The translations under genes were made by a program, and so were the position numbers. The notes beneath the pieces were generated by a model. That model did no database searches and was not told the DNA's origin. It worked only from the letters and a program-made list of their open reading frames with translations. DNA of 45,171 nt from Desulfurivibrionaceae bacterium (GTDB lineage Bacteria; Desulfobacterota; Desulfobulbia; Desulfobulbales; SURF-16): assembly GCA_041562995.1 (NCBI GenBank), contig JBFFNX010000001.1:1-45171 (forward strand). Direction: 5' to 3'. Below, in pieces: positions 8,079 through 19,147 of this stretch (position 1 is its first letter; each line of letters begins with the position of its first letter).

Positions 8079-9617
8079 CTACTGGTCGCCGTTGTTTCTC
8101 TTAACAATACGGATAATATCGCCAGGGTAGATCCAGTGGGGGTCCTGAATCCGGCTCAGCCTGGCAAGCTCCTCGTACTGGATGGGGTTGCCCAAATATT
8201 TTTCAGCTATATCCCAGAGCGTATCGTTTTTAACGACGATATGGGTAATCATCTCAAGGCTGACCGTTGTTTCTTCCTCGACAACAGGCAGCAGGGCGGT
8301 GGTCTCTTGCTCCTTATCCTGAGGTGCCGGCCGCTCAATGGTCAGGGTGAAATCGCTGGTTTCAACCCGTACCACCTCAATCGGCCTCTCCTCCAGCGCT
8401 AGCCGAGGTTGGTCAACAATGGCCTCTTTTGAGGAGGCCTGCAGGTCGGCCCGCCTCTCCTGGGACTTGCTGGCCGCAGGGGGCTTGGCCGTAACGACCC
8501 GGCCATGCTCTTGCCCAGCCCCTGACGGTCCGTCACTCTCCCTGCCCACCTTTTCGAGCGCTGTTTTGGTCGAGACCGGGGGCTCGCCGGCTGGCCACCA
8601 GATGATTACCACCAGGCCTAGCAAAAGGATGATAGCCGCCCCCAAGATCACTCCTCCCCTGAAACGACGAGAAGGCACCTCTGGTTGATCATGGCCAGGG
8701 AAGGCTGGCGAGTGAGGGACCTGGCCTCTTAGCGTTGCAGGGCCGGTGGTTAGCCTTGTATGTCCCACTGGCTGGCGGGCCTGATGCTGGCGGTGAGATC
8801 CAGCCCGCACCGGTTTTTGTGCTGCCCCCTGCCCCGGTTTCATGCCGACTGCAGCCACGGTGTTTCCAGCCGGCGGAGTTAGAACTTGCGGCCTCGGCTG
8901 GGGAGCAGGCTTGTTCAGCGGATGCCTTGGTGCAGGAGATTCTTGCACCTCTAGCTCTGATTCAAACTGGGGTGGATTCCCGCCCCCTGCTGTCAATTCA
9001 ATTTCAGCTTCAGGTTGTGGTGCACTTTGCCCCTCAGCCTCTGCAGATCCACCTTCGGCTCCCTCCTGATCCCCGGCCTCACCACCACCCTGACCAACCT
9101 GCTCACCCTCTTGCGCCTCGTGGCTGTCCTCAGGCTGTTGTGTCGGCAAGGGGCCCATGATTTCCAGAAGGCCTGTGAGGGTGGCGGCACCGGCCTCGGC
9201 AGCAAAGAGTATTTCGAAATCAGTCTGCAGTATGATCTGCTCGTCGACTAAAACAAAGTGTTTAAAAAAGCGATAGAGCTTGGGGAAGGCAACAGGACCC
9301 GACTTCAGTCGGGAGGCAGGGACAATATCGACAACGACATCGGCCCGAAAGCCGACAAGGCCCGACTCCAACCGGGCAACGATAAAAATACCGGCCCCAT
9401 CGGCGAACTCCGGCAGCCCGAGCTGACGCCGCATATCAATAGCAAGGGCAACATTGCCGCGAAAGACAAAGCTACCTGCCACATGGAATGGGGTGAGGGG
9501 CATTGTCGTGACAGGAGGCGGCATAATAATGCCAAGGACGGTATCCACCGGGGCGCAGAAATGAAAGGAACCGACCTCAAAGATCAGAAAATGTTTCTCC
9601 TCCCCCATCTGCTCCAC
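8079..9617 (-). CDS. CheW-like domain / transmembrane / LysM domain fusion protein
   Basis: N-terminal CheW-like domain (FLIFEVGSFHFCAPVDTVLGII ... VAGSFVFRGNVALAIDMRRQLGL). Long E/G/P/A/Q-rich linker. One hydrophobic helix (VILGAAIILLLGLVVIIWW). C-terminal LysM (HIVVKNDTLWDIAEKYLGNPIQYEELARLSRIQDPHWIYPGDIIRI). Start uncertain: GTG at 9617 or ATG at 9608. Confidence 0.75.
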   Translation of the reverse strand: MEQMGEEKHFLIFEVGSFHFCAPVDTVLGIIMPPPVTTMPLTPFHVAGSFVFRGNVALAIDMRRQLGLPEFADGAGIFIVARLESGLVGFRADVVVDIVPASRLKSGPVAFPKLYRFFKHFVLVDEQIILQTDFEILFAAEAGAATLTGLLEIMGPLPTQQPEDSHEAQEGEQVGQGGGEAGDQEGAEGGSAEAEGQSAPQPEAEIELTAGGGNPPQFESELEVQESPAPRHPLNKPAPQPRPQVLTPPAGNTVAAVGMKPGQGAAQKPVRAGSHRQHQARQPVGHTRLTTGPATLRGQVPHSPAFPGHDQPEVPSRRFRGGVILGAAIILLLGLVVIIWWPAGEPPVSTKTALEKVGRESDGPSGAGQEHGRVVTAKPPAASKSQERRADLQASSKEAIVDQPRLALEERPIEVVRVETSDFTLTIERPAPQDKEQETTALLPVVEEETTVSLEMITHIVVKNDTLWDIAEKYLGNPIQYEELARLSRIQDPHWIYPGDIIRIVKRNNGDQ

Positions 9618-9911
9618 ACTCTTCCCCGCCTCAGTGTCTACTCATTATGATGGCCAAAAAATATTTCTACTCAGCCACCCCTCAGGTTGTTACAGCGCCA
9701 CAAGAAACTCTACAGCTTTCATTCTGACCGGGTCAAGAGAAGCTGCATTTTTCATGAGGATCGCAAGTGGTGATATGATAAGAAATTGAACATTCTCTCT
9801 GCAGCCAAGACAAATATTTCGTGTTATGGTACATTCGTTTTTACAAAAGTGAGCTACTGACATTTTCCCCTTCATAAATTTGATTCACAGTCAAAACAAC
9901 CATACATCTCT

Positions 9912-10775
9912 ATGAGTCAGAAACCAATTGAAGCACTGATTGCCACCATTGACAGCATCCCGCCTCTGCCTGAAATCAGCTCGGCGGTCATGGCCGCCCT
10001 TAATGCTGAGGAAGTCGCCATTGTTGAGGTAGGTGCCCTCATCGAAAAAGACATCGCTCTGTCCTCCCAGATTCTTAAGGTTGCCAACTCGCCGGCCTAT
10101 GGGGCTCGCAATACAATCAGCACCATCCAACATGCCATCATGATGATGGGGCTTGACGAGGTCAGAACCCTGCTGCTGGCCTTTGCCGTGGAGAAATTTT
10201 TCACCACCGATGCCAGGAACACCGCGCTCCGCAAAAGGTATTGGGCCCACTCCCGGGTCTGCAGCTACACGGCTCTTCTTCTGGCCCACCATTTTAAGCA
10301 AGGTGACAGTGGCAGTTTTTTTCTCTCCGGCCTTATTCATGACATTGGCAAACTCATTGTTGACCAGTATCTGCACGATGAATTCGAAGAGATTGTCGCA
10401 TATATCGGCGAACATAACTGCTCTTTCAGCGAGGCGGAAAAGGAGATTCTCGGCATCACCCATTTTCAGATCGGCGGCAAGCTTCTCACCCATTGGAATT
10501 TCCCCAAACAGATTACCATGCAGGTCTTTGGCCACCATCTCCCCTGGAAAGAAAAAGAGTTTACCTCCGGCGCCCTTATCATCTTCCTGGCCAACATCCT
10601 GACCAAAATAGCCGGTTATAGCTGTCTTGCTGAAGAACGCAGCTACACTCTGGACGAATTTGGCAAGTCTAAAGCCATAAAAATCCTCAAACAGCACGGC
10701 CTTGACGTTGACACCGCTGTTCTCCAGCAGTTTCTTGATCAAATCAAAGAGTTTGTCAGTGCGGACACGGCCTAA
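9912..10775 (+). CDS. HDOD domain-containing signalling protein
   Basis: LPPLPEISSAVMAALN...DIALSSQILKVANSPAYG...IQHAIMMMGLDEVRTLLLAFAV is the HDOD signature. A degenerate HD fold follows (GLIHDIGKL). Confidence 0.85.
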   Translation: MSQKPIEALIATIDSIPPLPEISSAVMAALNAEEVAIVEVGALIEKDIALSSQILKVANSPAYGARNTISTIQHAIMMMGLDEVRTLLLAFAVEKFFTTDARNTALRKRYWAHSRVCSYTALLLAHHFKQGDSGSFFLSGLIHDIGKLIVDQYLHDEFEEIVAYIGEHNCSFSEAEKEILGITHFQIGGKLLTHWNFPKQITMQVFGHHLPWKEKEFTSGALIIFLANILTKIAGYSCLAEERSYTLDEFGKSKAIKILKQHGLDVDTAVLQQFLDQIKEFVSADTA

Positions 10776-10778
10776 TTT

Positions 10779-10949
10779 TTAGGCCTTCTTTACGTAGCAG
10801 ACGTCAAAGGCGAGATCCTCGCCCTTGACGTTGGTGCCATGCCGCACCGTTTCACCAACCTTGGTGCCCTGGTCACCATGGCCCTTTTCCGCAATGGGCT
10901 CTTCCGCAGCGCCCTTACTCATCAAATTGCCAGACAGCACCGCCTTCAT
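10779..10949 (-). CDS. possible small protein (56 aa), unknown function
   Basis: Not in the track because it is shorter than 60 aa. Reading the minus strand gives MKAVLSGNLMSKGAAEEPIAEKGHGDQGTKVGETVRHGTNVKGEDLAFDVCYVKKA with GC-rich third positions like neighbouring genes. It follows the MFS gene on the same strand. There is no clear Shine-Dalgarno sequence. Confidence 0.25.
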   Translation of the reverse strand: MKAVLSGNLMSKGAAEEPIAEKGHGDQGTKVGETVRHGTNVKGEDLAFDVCYVKKA

Positions 10950-10994
10950 CACGCGATGCTACGGCTCTTCTCATCAAACAACTAAGACGTCTAC

Positions 10995-12245
10995 CTAAGC
11001 CTTCTTTAGGGTCGGCAAGAAAAAGGACAGCACCACAGCCGCCAAGGCCAGGCTGAAGGCCAGAAAATAGCTCGTGGTGAAACTGCCGGACATCTCGGCC
11101 AGAATCCCGGCGACAGAGGGGCCCAGCACCTGGCCCAGGCCAAAAATAAAGGTGACAAAGGCAAAGACGTGAACCGCTCTTTGCGCCCCGACATAATCAC
11201 CCACCATGGCGGCCATGATGGAGGGGACACTCCAGACGACAATGCCGTAGCAGCCGATGGAGAGATAGAGAAAAATATCACCCATCTTCAGGGCAATAAA
11301 GAGATAGGCCAGAGCCTGAATGGTAAAAACCGCCACCAATGCCTTTTTGCGACCAAATCGATCGGAGATGGTGCCGAATACCGGCCCGGAAAAAATACTC
11401 AAAAACCCGACCCAGGCCCAGAAATTACCGGCCACAGCCTCGCTCATACCCCACTCCTGAACCAGGGTGGTAACAATGAAAGTGGCATAGATGACATAGG
11501 AGAAGCCAAAGAGAAAATAGATGGCAGCACAATGATACAGAACGCTGGCGGCCACCTCCCCGGGCTGATCAAAGGTTTTCCGATAATCAGTGCCCTCAGT
11601 GGCGATACTCCCCACCGGCGACAGGCCGAGATCCTGCGGTCTATCTCGCAAAATCAAAAAACAGATGACCGCCACCACCAGCACAATACCACCCAGGACA
11701 CACCAACTCAGTCGCCAGCCATCATTGCTTATGGAATTCAGGTAAGGAACCAGTTTACCGGACGTGATAATGGCAAAACCATTGCCGCTCACCACAAGAC
11801 CAGCAGCCCTCCCCCTCTTCTTACTGGTAAACCACACAGACATCAGGCCCATGATCGAGACATTGGCCAGGGCACTGCCCATACCGGTGAGGACGTAGAG
11901 GAGGGTAATGAGGTATACGTTGGTGGCCATCCCGATGAGAAACATGGACAGCCCCACCATTGAAAGGGAGGCGCCAATAACCTTCCGCGCGCCGAACATC
12001 TTGGAGAGCCGACCACAAAGCAGCACCGCCACAAGATACCCACCCAGATTAGCTGTACCGATAAAGCCCATCTCGGCGTAAGACAGATCCAGCGCCTCGC
12101 CCATGGACGGCAGCAGCATACCCAGGGCAAAACGGCCAAGTCCCAGGCAGGCAAAAAGACATAAGATACCCGCCACCACGACATACCAGCCGTAATGGAT
12201 GGCTGCTGATTTTTCTTTCTCTATACGGTGCATGGCGACCATCAT
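10995..12245 (-). CDS. MFS transporter
   Basis: 416 aa and about 12 hydrophobic segments. MFS loop motif GRLSKMFGARK between TM2 and TM3, and DRFGRKK in the second half. Confidence 0.85.
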   Translation of the reverse strand: MMVAMHRIEKEKSAAIHYGWYVVVAGILCLFACLGLGRFALGMLLPSMGEALDLSYAEMGFIGTANLGGYLVAVLLCGRLSKMFGARKVIGASLSMVGLSMFLIGMATNVYLITLLYVLTGMGSALANVSIMGLMSVWFTSKKRGRAAGLVVSGNGFAIITSGKLVPYLNSISNDGWRLSWCVLGGIVLVVAVICFLILRDRPQDLGLSPVGSIATEGTDYRKTFDQPGEVAASVLYHCAAIYFLFGFSYVIYATFIVTTLVQEWGMSEAVAGNFWAWVGFLSIFSGPVFGTISDRFGRKKALVAVFTIQALAYLFIALKMGDIFLYLSIGCYGIVVWSVPSIMAAMVGDYVGAQRAVHVFAFVTFIFGLGQVLGPSVAGILAEMSGSFTTSYFLAFSLALAAVVLSFFLPTLKKA

Positions 12246-12258
12246 AAATCATGGCCCT

Positions 12259-12296
12259 AAAAAAAACAGGGAAAACACCGGCTGCCTGGTGTTTTC
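12259..12296 (-). terminator. intrinsic-terminator-like hairpin with a T8 tract (minus strand) immediately upstream of the MFS start codon
   Basis: Minus strand reads GAAAACACC-AGGCAGCC-GGTGTTTTC-CCTG-TTTTTTTT, ending 13 nt before the ATG at 12245. No minus-strand gene lies upstream of it. Confidence 0.4.
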
Positions 12297-12359
12297 TCCT
12301 CCTCTGCCGGCCAAAACCGCTCCCGGGATTTCACCATTTAAAAAGAAACAAAAATATAA

Positions 12360-12388
12360 TTGACAACCGTTAACAAACTCCATATCAT
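12360..12388 (+). promoter_or_regulatory. sigma70-type promoter of the Fur-family regulator gene (TTGACA-N17-TATCAT)
   Basis: -35 TTGACA at 12360-12365, a 17-nt spacer, and -10 TATCAT at 12383-12388, about 35 nt upstream of the ATG. Confidence 0.5.
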
Positions 12389-12395
12389 ATGTAAC

Positions 12396-12407
12396 TAATA
12401 ATTATTA
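12396..12407. promoter_or_regulatory. perfect 12-bp palindrome TAATAATTATTA, candidate autoregulatory PerR/Fur box
   Basis: It lies just downstream of the predicted -10, around the expected transcription start. It resembles the AT-rich Fur/PerR-type inverted repeat (B. subtilis PerR box TTATAATnATTATAA). Confidence 0.45.
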
Positions 12408-12421
12408 CTATTTGGAGCAAT

Positions 12422-12874
12422 ATGAAGCATCCCACCCAACATGATCTGTCGGTTATGGTAGCGGAATTTGAAAACGCCTGCCGCAAGGCCGACCTCAAGG
12501 TCACCCACCAGCGCCTGGAAATCTATCGGGAACTGGCAGAGGCCCTTGATCACCCTTCGGCAGAGATGCTTTATAAACGGATTATCAAACGGCTACCCAC
12601 CATCTCCCTTGACACCGTGTATCGCACCTTGGCAACTCTTGAAAAACATGGCCTGATTACTCGGGTTCAGACTCTGGAAAACCAGGCCCGTTTTGAAGCG
12701 GAAATGGTCAGACATCATCACGCCGTCTGCAGCAAATGCGGAACAATCACTGATTTCAGCTGGAATACCTTTGATGAGGTTCCAGCCCCTGCAGAGCTGA
12801 GCGGCTGGGGAAGAATCATCAAGAGAAATGCCATTCTTGAGGGAATCTGTAACGACTGCACCAAGGGAAATTAA
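12422..12874 (+). CDS. perR: Fur-family transcriptional regulator, probably peroxide-responsive (PerR-like)
   Basis: 150 aa. Winged-helix region (HQRLEIYRELA...HPSAEMLYKRI...ISLDTVYRTLATLEKHGLI). HHHAVCSKCG...CNDC metal sites. It lies directly upstream of katG and rbr. The PerR rather than Fur/Zur assignment rests on context only. Confidence 0.75.
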   Translation: MKHPTQHDLSVMVAEFENACRKADLKVTHQRLEIYRELAEALDHPSAEMLYKRIIKRLPTISLDTVYRTLATLEKHGLITRVQTLENQARFEAEMVRHHHAVCSKCGTITDFSWNTFDEVPAPAELSGWGRIIKRNAILEGICNDCTKGN

Positions 12875-12907
12875 ACTGTTGACCAGGCCATTTTTTTTGC
12901 CTTACTG

Positions 12908-12927
12908 TTAAGAATAGTTATTATTAA
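12908..12927. promoter_or_regulatory. imperfect 20-bp inverted repeat TTAAGAATAG|TTATTATTAA upstream of katG, candidate PerR operator
   Basis: 8 of 10 positions are symmetrical. It contains GAATAGTTAT, which matches AAATAGTTAT upstream of the Sec-Prx gene. Confidence 0.35.
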
Positions 12928-12978
12928 GGAGAGAATCGCAATAAGTAAAACTTCCAATTCATTTCCAACTTATTATAG

Positions 12979-15231
<2,253 letters not shown>

Positions 15232-15278
15232 TCGGAGTGTCGACGTCTTCAAGGGGCTCTGAGAGGGCGCTAAAAAAA

Positions 15279-15317
15279 ATGGTTCAGCGGACGGCGACAC
15301 GCCGTCCGCTGAACCAT
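15279..15317 (+). terminator. 18-bp perfect stem-loop downstream of katG, with no U-tract on the plus strand
   Basis: ATGGTTCAGCGGACGGCG-aca-CGCCGTCCGCTGAACCAT. It is preceded by A8 (15272-15279) and has no T-run after it, so the canonical terminator geometry exists only on the minus strand. Confidence 0.45.
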
Positions 15318-15454
15318 CACCTAACAATAACCGCACCGCAGATGCGTACAGCCCTACCAATTCCACGCGTGCCGGTGAACACTGTTTATTGTGAACCAGC
15401 GGAATATGTCAGGCTAGTGTCACTATCAGATTTGACAGAACTTATATTTTTAAA

Positions 15455-15483
15455 TTGTCAGAGCAGATGTAAATCTTTACAAT
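15455..15483 (+). promoter_or_regulatory. sigma70-type promoter candidate for rubrerythrin (TTGTCA-N17-TACAAT) overlapped by the palindrome TGTAAA-tc-TTTACA (15468-15481)
   Basis: Hexamers and spacing read directly. The 14-bp palindrome spans the spacer and the -10. A further AAATAGTA core (reverse strand, 15529-15538) lies in the predicted leader. Confidence 0.4.
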
Positions 15484-15585
15484 TTATATCTAAAAATCGA
15501 GTTCGCCTTAAATAGCGGCGAGTTAGGCAATACTATTTATTTTACATCCGACTCCATATCAACTTTAAACAGGAAGGAAAGAGAC

Positions 15586-16161
15586 ATGCCCGCATTAAAA
15601 GGAACCCAGACCGAAAAGAACATCCTCACCGCCTTTGCCGGTGAATCCCAGGCCCGTAACCGCTACACCTTTTTTGCCTCTAAGGCCAAGAAGGAAGGGT
15701 ATGTGCAGATCTCCGACATTTTCACTGAAACAGCCGATCAGGAAAAGGAGCATGCCAAGCGCCTCTTTAAACTGCTGGAAGGTGGCGAAGTCGAGATCTC
15801 CGGCACCTTCCCGGCCGGGGTCATCGGCACCACCAGCGAAAACCTGGCCGAGGCTGCTGCCGGTGAAAACCACGAGCACCTGGTGATGTATCCTGGCTTT
15901 GCCGAGACGGCGCGCGCCGAGGGTTTCGACGATATCGCCGCCATCTTCATGGCCATTGCCGTGGCCGAAAAACAGCATGAGAAACGCTATGTGGAACTCA
16001 AGGCCAACGTCGACACGCGCCAGGTCTTCCATCGTGACGCAAAAATGACTTGGCGTTGCCGCAACTGCGGGTATGTGCACACCGCCCATGGCGCTCCGGA
16101 CGTCTGCCCGGCCTGTGATCATGCCAAGGACCATTTCGAGCTTTTGGCGGAAAACTGGTAA
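15586..16161 (+). CDS. rbr: rubrerythrin
   Basis: N-terminal ferritin-like diiron domain (LKGTQTEKNILTAFAGESQARNRY...EKEHAKRL...) and C-terminal rubredoxin-like CRNCG...CPAC. Confidence 0.95.
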   Translation: MPALKGTQTEKNILTAFAGESQARNRYTFFASKAKKEGYVQISDIFTETADQEKEHAKRLFKLLEGGEVEISGTFPAGVIGTTSENLAEAAAGENHEHLVMYPGFAETARAEGFDDIAAIFMAIAVAEKQHEKRYVELKANVDTRQVFHRDAKMTWRCRNCGYVHTAHGAPDVCPACDHAKDHFELLAENW

Positions 16162-16182
16162 ATACAGACGAAATCCACCCAT

Positions 16183-16220
16183 AAAAAAACCCGGTAGCGC
16201 TAATGCTACCGGGTTTTTTT
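16183..16220 (+). terminator. Rho-independent terminator after rbr (bidirectional geometry)
   Basis: AAAAAAA-CCCGGTAGC-gctaat-GCTACCGGG-TTTTTTT. Confidence 0.85.
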
Positions 16221-16346
16221 ATGGGTCATCACCGCGAACAGGAGTTTAACCATTCCCTTAATCTTGACAGGCCTACTGGCAAAGCTTACCCTTTCAAGGT
16301 GTCCATAACACAAAGAAAAATGTCTTTTTAATGGAGCATAGCCGCC

Positions 16347-16790
16347 ATGAACACCTCCCTCCACCTTGTCTGTCCAGCCTGTGCAACCAAAAACCGTATC
16401 CCGCAAGCCCGTTTAACCGATGGCCCCAAATGCGGCAAATGCGCCCAGCCCCTTTTCTCCGGCGCCCCTATTAATCTGACAAGCGCCCTTTTCCCGCGCC
16501 ACATCAGCGGCAATGACATCCCTGTCCTCGTCGATTTCTGGGCGCCCTGGTGCGGGCCCTGTAAAATGATGGCCCCGGCCTTTCACCAGGCCGCCAGCCT
16601 CCTTGAACCCCATATCCGCTTGGCCAAGGTCAATACCGAAGCGGAACAGATCCTGGCCGGCCAATTCACCATCCAGTCCATTCCCACCATGGTTCTCTTT
16701 CATCATGGCAAAGAGATTACCAGACAGCCTGGAGCCATGACCACTGATCAGATTGTCCACTGGGCCCGGCAGCATGGCCAAGGATCGTGA
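16347..16790 (+). CDS. trxC: thioredoxin 2 (TrxC-type, with N-terminal zinc-finger extension)
   Basis: N-terminal CPAC...CGKC zinc-finger motif followed by the WAPWCGPCK active site. Confidence 0.9.
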   Translation: MNTSLHLVCPACATKNRIPQARLTDGPKCGKCAQPLFSGAPINLTSALFPRHISGNDIPVLVDFWAPWCGPCKMMAPAFHQAASLLEPHIRLAKVNTEAEQILAGQFTIQSIPTMVLFHHGKEITRQPGAMTTDQIVHWARQHGQGS

Positions 16791-16967
16791 AACAGAGATC
16801 ACTGACATATTCTGACTGGGGGTGAGAGGCCAACTGCTTTCGCCTCTGCTTCGCCACCACCACCTCCATGGAAGAGGCCTCTCCCTGATTTTCAGCAAGG
16901 GGATGGAAGTCAGAGAAAGTTGCAAGTGCTAGAAAGAACTCAGAAACTTGCGCCCTTATTCAGATCA

Positions 16968-17474
16968 TTACGAGCCTGCCAAGGCCAGCTCATAGGCCCG
17001 GCGGCTCTCGGCGTTAAAACAGGTGAAGATCACCCGTTGCAAGGTGGGGTCAGCAGCCAAGGCCTGCCGGGTCTCGGCCACGGCAATGCGGGCCGCCAGC
17101 TCTTTAGGAAACCCATAAACCCCGGTGCTGATTGCCGGGAAGGCGATGCTGGCAATCTGATGGCTGGCCGCCAGGGCATAGCAGCGTTGATAGCAGGAGG
17201 CCAGCAAACGCTCCTCGTCAGCCTGACCACCACGCCAGATGGGGCCCACCGTATGAATAATGAAATTGCAAGGCAGCCTGTAGGCCTTGGTAATCTTGGC
17301 TTCACCTGTTTGACAGCCCTTCAGTCCCCGGCACTCCGCCAAAAGCTGCGGGCCTGCGGCCCTATGGATGGCGCCGTCCACCCCGCCGCCACCGAGCAGC
17401 GAGTTATTGGCGGCGTTGACAATGGCACCCACCTTGAGAGCGGTAATATCGCCATCAACAAGTTCAATGGTCAT
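16968..17474 (-). CDS. macro domain protein (O-acetyl-ADP-ribose deacetylase, YmdB-like)
   Basis: DITALKVGAIVNAANNSLLGGGGVDGAIHRAAG...ISTGVYGFP macro-domain motifs. AAGGAGG lies 5 nt before the ATG at 17474; the track start is TTG. Confidence 0.9.
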   Translation of the reverse strand: MTIELVDGDITALKVGAIVNAANNSLLGGGGVDGAIHRAAGPQLLAECRGLKGCQTGEAKITKAYRLPCNFIIHTVGPIWRGGQADEERLLASCYQRCYALAASHQIASIAFPAISTGVYGFPKELAARIAVAETRQALAADPTLQRVIFTCFNAESRRAYELALAGS

Positions 17475-17488
17475 CAGTTCCTCCTTGC

Positions 17489-18751
17489 TCAACTTCCCTG
17501 GTTGGCACTCCCTTCTCCAGAGCTGTCAACGCCGGCCACCAAGCTGCCAATGGACAGGCCCTGGCCAACAATGGAAAAAACCACCACCGTATAGGTCATG
17601 ATCAAAATCAAATTCCGTTCCGCGCCGCTGGGCAGGGAAAGGGCGAGGGCCACCGAGATACCGCCCCGCAGACCACCCCAGGTCAAAATCCTGATTACCT
17701 TGGGCGAAAAGGTGCGCCAGCGCTTGAGAATGATGACGGGGATGGCAACACTGACCAACCTTCCCCCCAGGGTAATACAAATTGCCGCCAGGCCAAGGGC
17801 CATGCTCAACGGGCTGAAGTCAAGAATCATGACCTCCAGGCCGAGCAGGGTAAAGAGGATGGCGTTCAAGGCTGAGTCCAGGAGCTCCCAGAAGGTATCG
17901 AGATCTTCCCTGGTCTTGGCTGACATGGCGAATTTCCGGCCCCTGTTGCCGATGAGCAGACCAGCCACCACCATGGCAATGGGCGCGGACAGGTGCAGCC
18001 ACTCAGCCAACACATAGCCGCCGGTGACCAGGGCCAGGGTAATCATCACCTCCACCTGGTAGTCATCGATCTCTTTGAGCATGCGATAGGCCAGATAGCC
18101 GATGGCCAGGCCGAACAGGGCTCCGCCCCCTGCCTCCTGGAGGAGAAGAGCACCAACATGGGTAACGCTGACCGGTGCGCCGGTGCGGACAATCTCCAGG
18201 ATGACCATAAAGATCACCACCCCGACGCCGTCGTTAAAGAGCGACTCGCCGGTTATCTTGACTTCAAGGGACTTGGGGGCCTTGGCCGACTTGAGGATAC
18301 TCAACACGGCAATGGGATCGGTGGGCGAGATCAAGGCGCCAAAGAGCAGGCAATAGCCGTAGGACATGGCAACCGGGGTTAGGGCCAGGACATACCAGAG
18401 CAGAGTGCCGATGAACAGGGTTGAAACCACGACCCCAGCAGTGGCCAGGCTGCCGATCACCCGATATTGCCCCACCAGGTCATCGAAGTTGACATGCAGG
18501 GCCCCGGCAAAAAGCAGAAAGCCCAACATACCATGCATCAGGGTTTCGCTGAAATCGATGCCCCGCAGGAGCTCGACACCCCATGCCTGCACCGCCGGCA
18601 TGATACTGCCCACAGCAATAAACAACAGGGAGAAGAGTAGAGCGATGGTCATGATGCCAATGGTGGTTGGCAGCCTGACCGTGCGCGCATTCAGGAAACC
18701 AAAAACTGCAGCCAGGGTGGTAAGGATTGCAATGATCTCAAAAAAGGACAT
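17489..18751 (-). CDS. Na+/H+ (cation:proton) antiporter, CPA1/NhaP type
   Basis: 420 aa and polytopic. Motifs LISPTDPIAV and ESLFNDG are typical of NhaP/CPA1 exchangers. Its stop lies 14 nt upstream of the macro-domain gene start. Confidence 0.85.
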   Translation of the reverse strand: MSFFEIIAILTTLAAVFGFLNARTVRLPTTIGIMTIALLFSLLFIAVGSIMPAVQAWGVELLRGIDFSETLMHGMLGFLLFAGALHVNFDDLVGQYRVIGSLATAGVVVSTLFIGTLLWYVLALTPVAMSYGYCLLFGALISPTDPIAVLSILKSAKAPKSLEVKITGESLFNDGVGVVIFMVILEIVRTGAPVSVTHVGALLLQEAGGGALFGLAIGYLAYRMLKEIDDYQVEVMITLALVTGGYVLAEWLHLSAPIAMVVAGLLIGNRGRKFAMSAKTREDLDTFWELLDSALNAILFTLLGLEVMILDFSPLSMALGLAAICITLGGRLVSVAIPVIILKRWRTFSPKVIRILTWGGLRGGISVALALSLPSGAERNLILIMTYTVVVFSIVGQGLSIGSLVAGVDSSGEGSANQGS

Positions 18752-19105
18752 GGGGAGGCCTTGCCTAGTGGGGGTAACGGGAAATCAGATCAGACCTCCC
18801 TCTGCTCTTTGGCACACAGGGGAAGCCGCCTAAACCATTATTGGCCTGCACTGAACCATATCCCGCTGACAATTCAAAGAGTGAAGATCAAGGGCGCCCG
18901 TACCGGTCAGGATATCAAAATTCTGCCAAGCCCTGGCGCTATAAGGGGTGAAAGGTTTGCCGAACTCTGGGCCAACGGCGGCAACAACTTGCAAACAGAA
19001 GGACATCTTTGCTGAGGAGGATGGCTCCCAAGGTGATGTATTTTACCGAGAACAGCGGTTATGACCTAAGGGGGGCTGATGAGACCAGGGTGAAAATCAT
19101 AAAAT

Positions 19106-19147
19106 GCCCTTGCCTTGCAAACCGGAAGGGCTGTTTTCCTTTTTTCC
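19106..19147. terminator. weak bidirectional terminator-like hairpin in the gene-poor interval
   Basis: GCCCTT-(14 nt)-AAGGGC followed by TGTTTTCCTTTTTTCC on the plus strand and by ATTTTATGATTTTC on the minus strand. Confidence 0.35.

Noticed and set aside
9690-9875. 61-aa minus-strand ORF with a CxxxC...CxxC pattern in the CheW-LysM/HDOD divergent region
   Set aside because: The region is AT-rich and promoter-like. There is no convincing Shine-Dalgarno sequence, and its codon usage is unlike that of neighbouring genes. It could be real, but the support is insufficient.
9891-10742. 283-aa minus-strand ORF
   Set aside because: It lies opposite the HDOD gene. The plus-strand product carries the complete HDOD signature, whereas the minus-strand product has no recognisable features.
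19076-19095. Hammerhead-ribozyme-like core (CUGAUGAG ... GAAA)
   Set aside because: The intervening ACCAGGGU can only form a 3-bp stem II with a 2-nt loop. I could not find matching stem I/III partners or a cleavage triplet, so this is probably coincidence.
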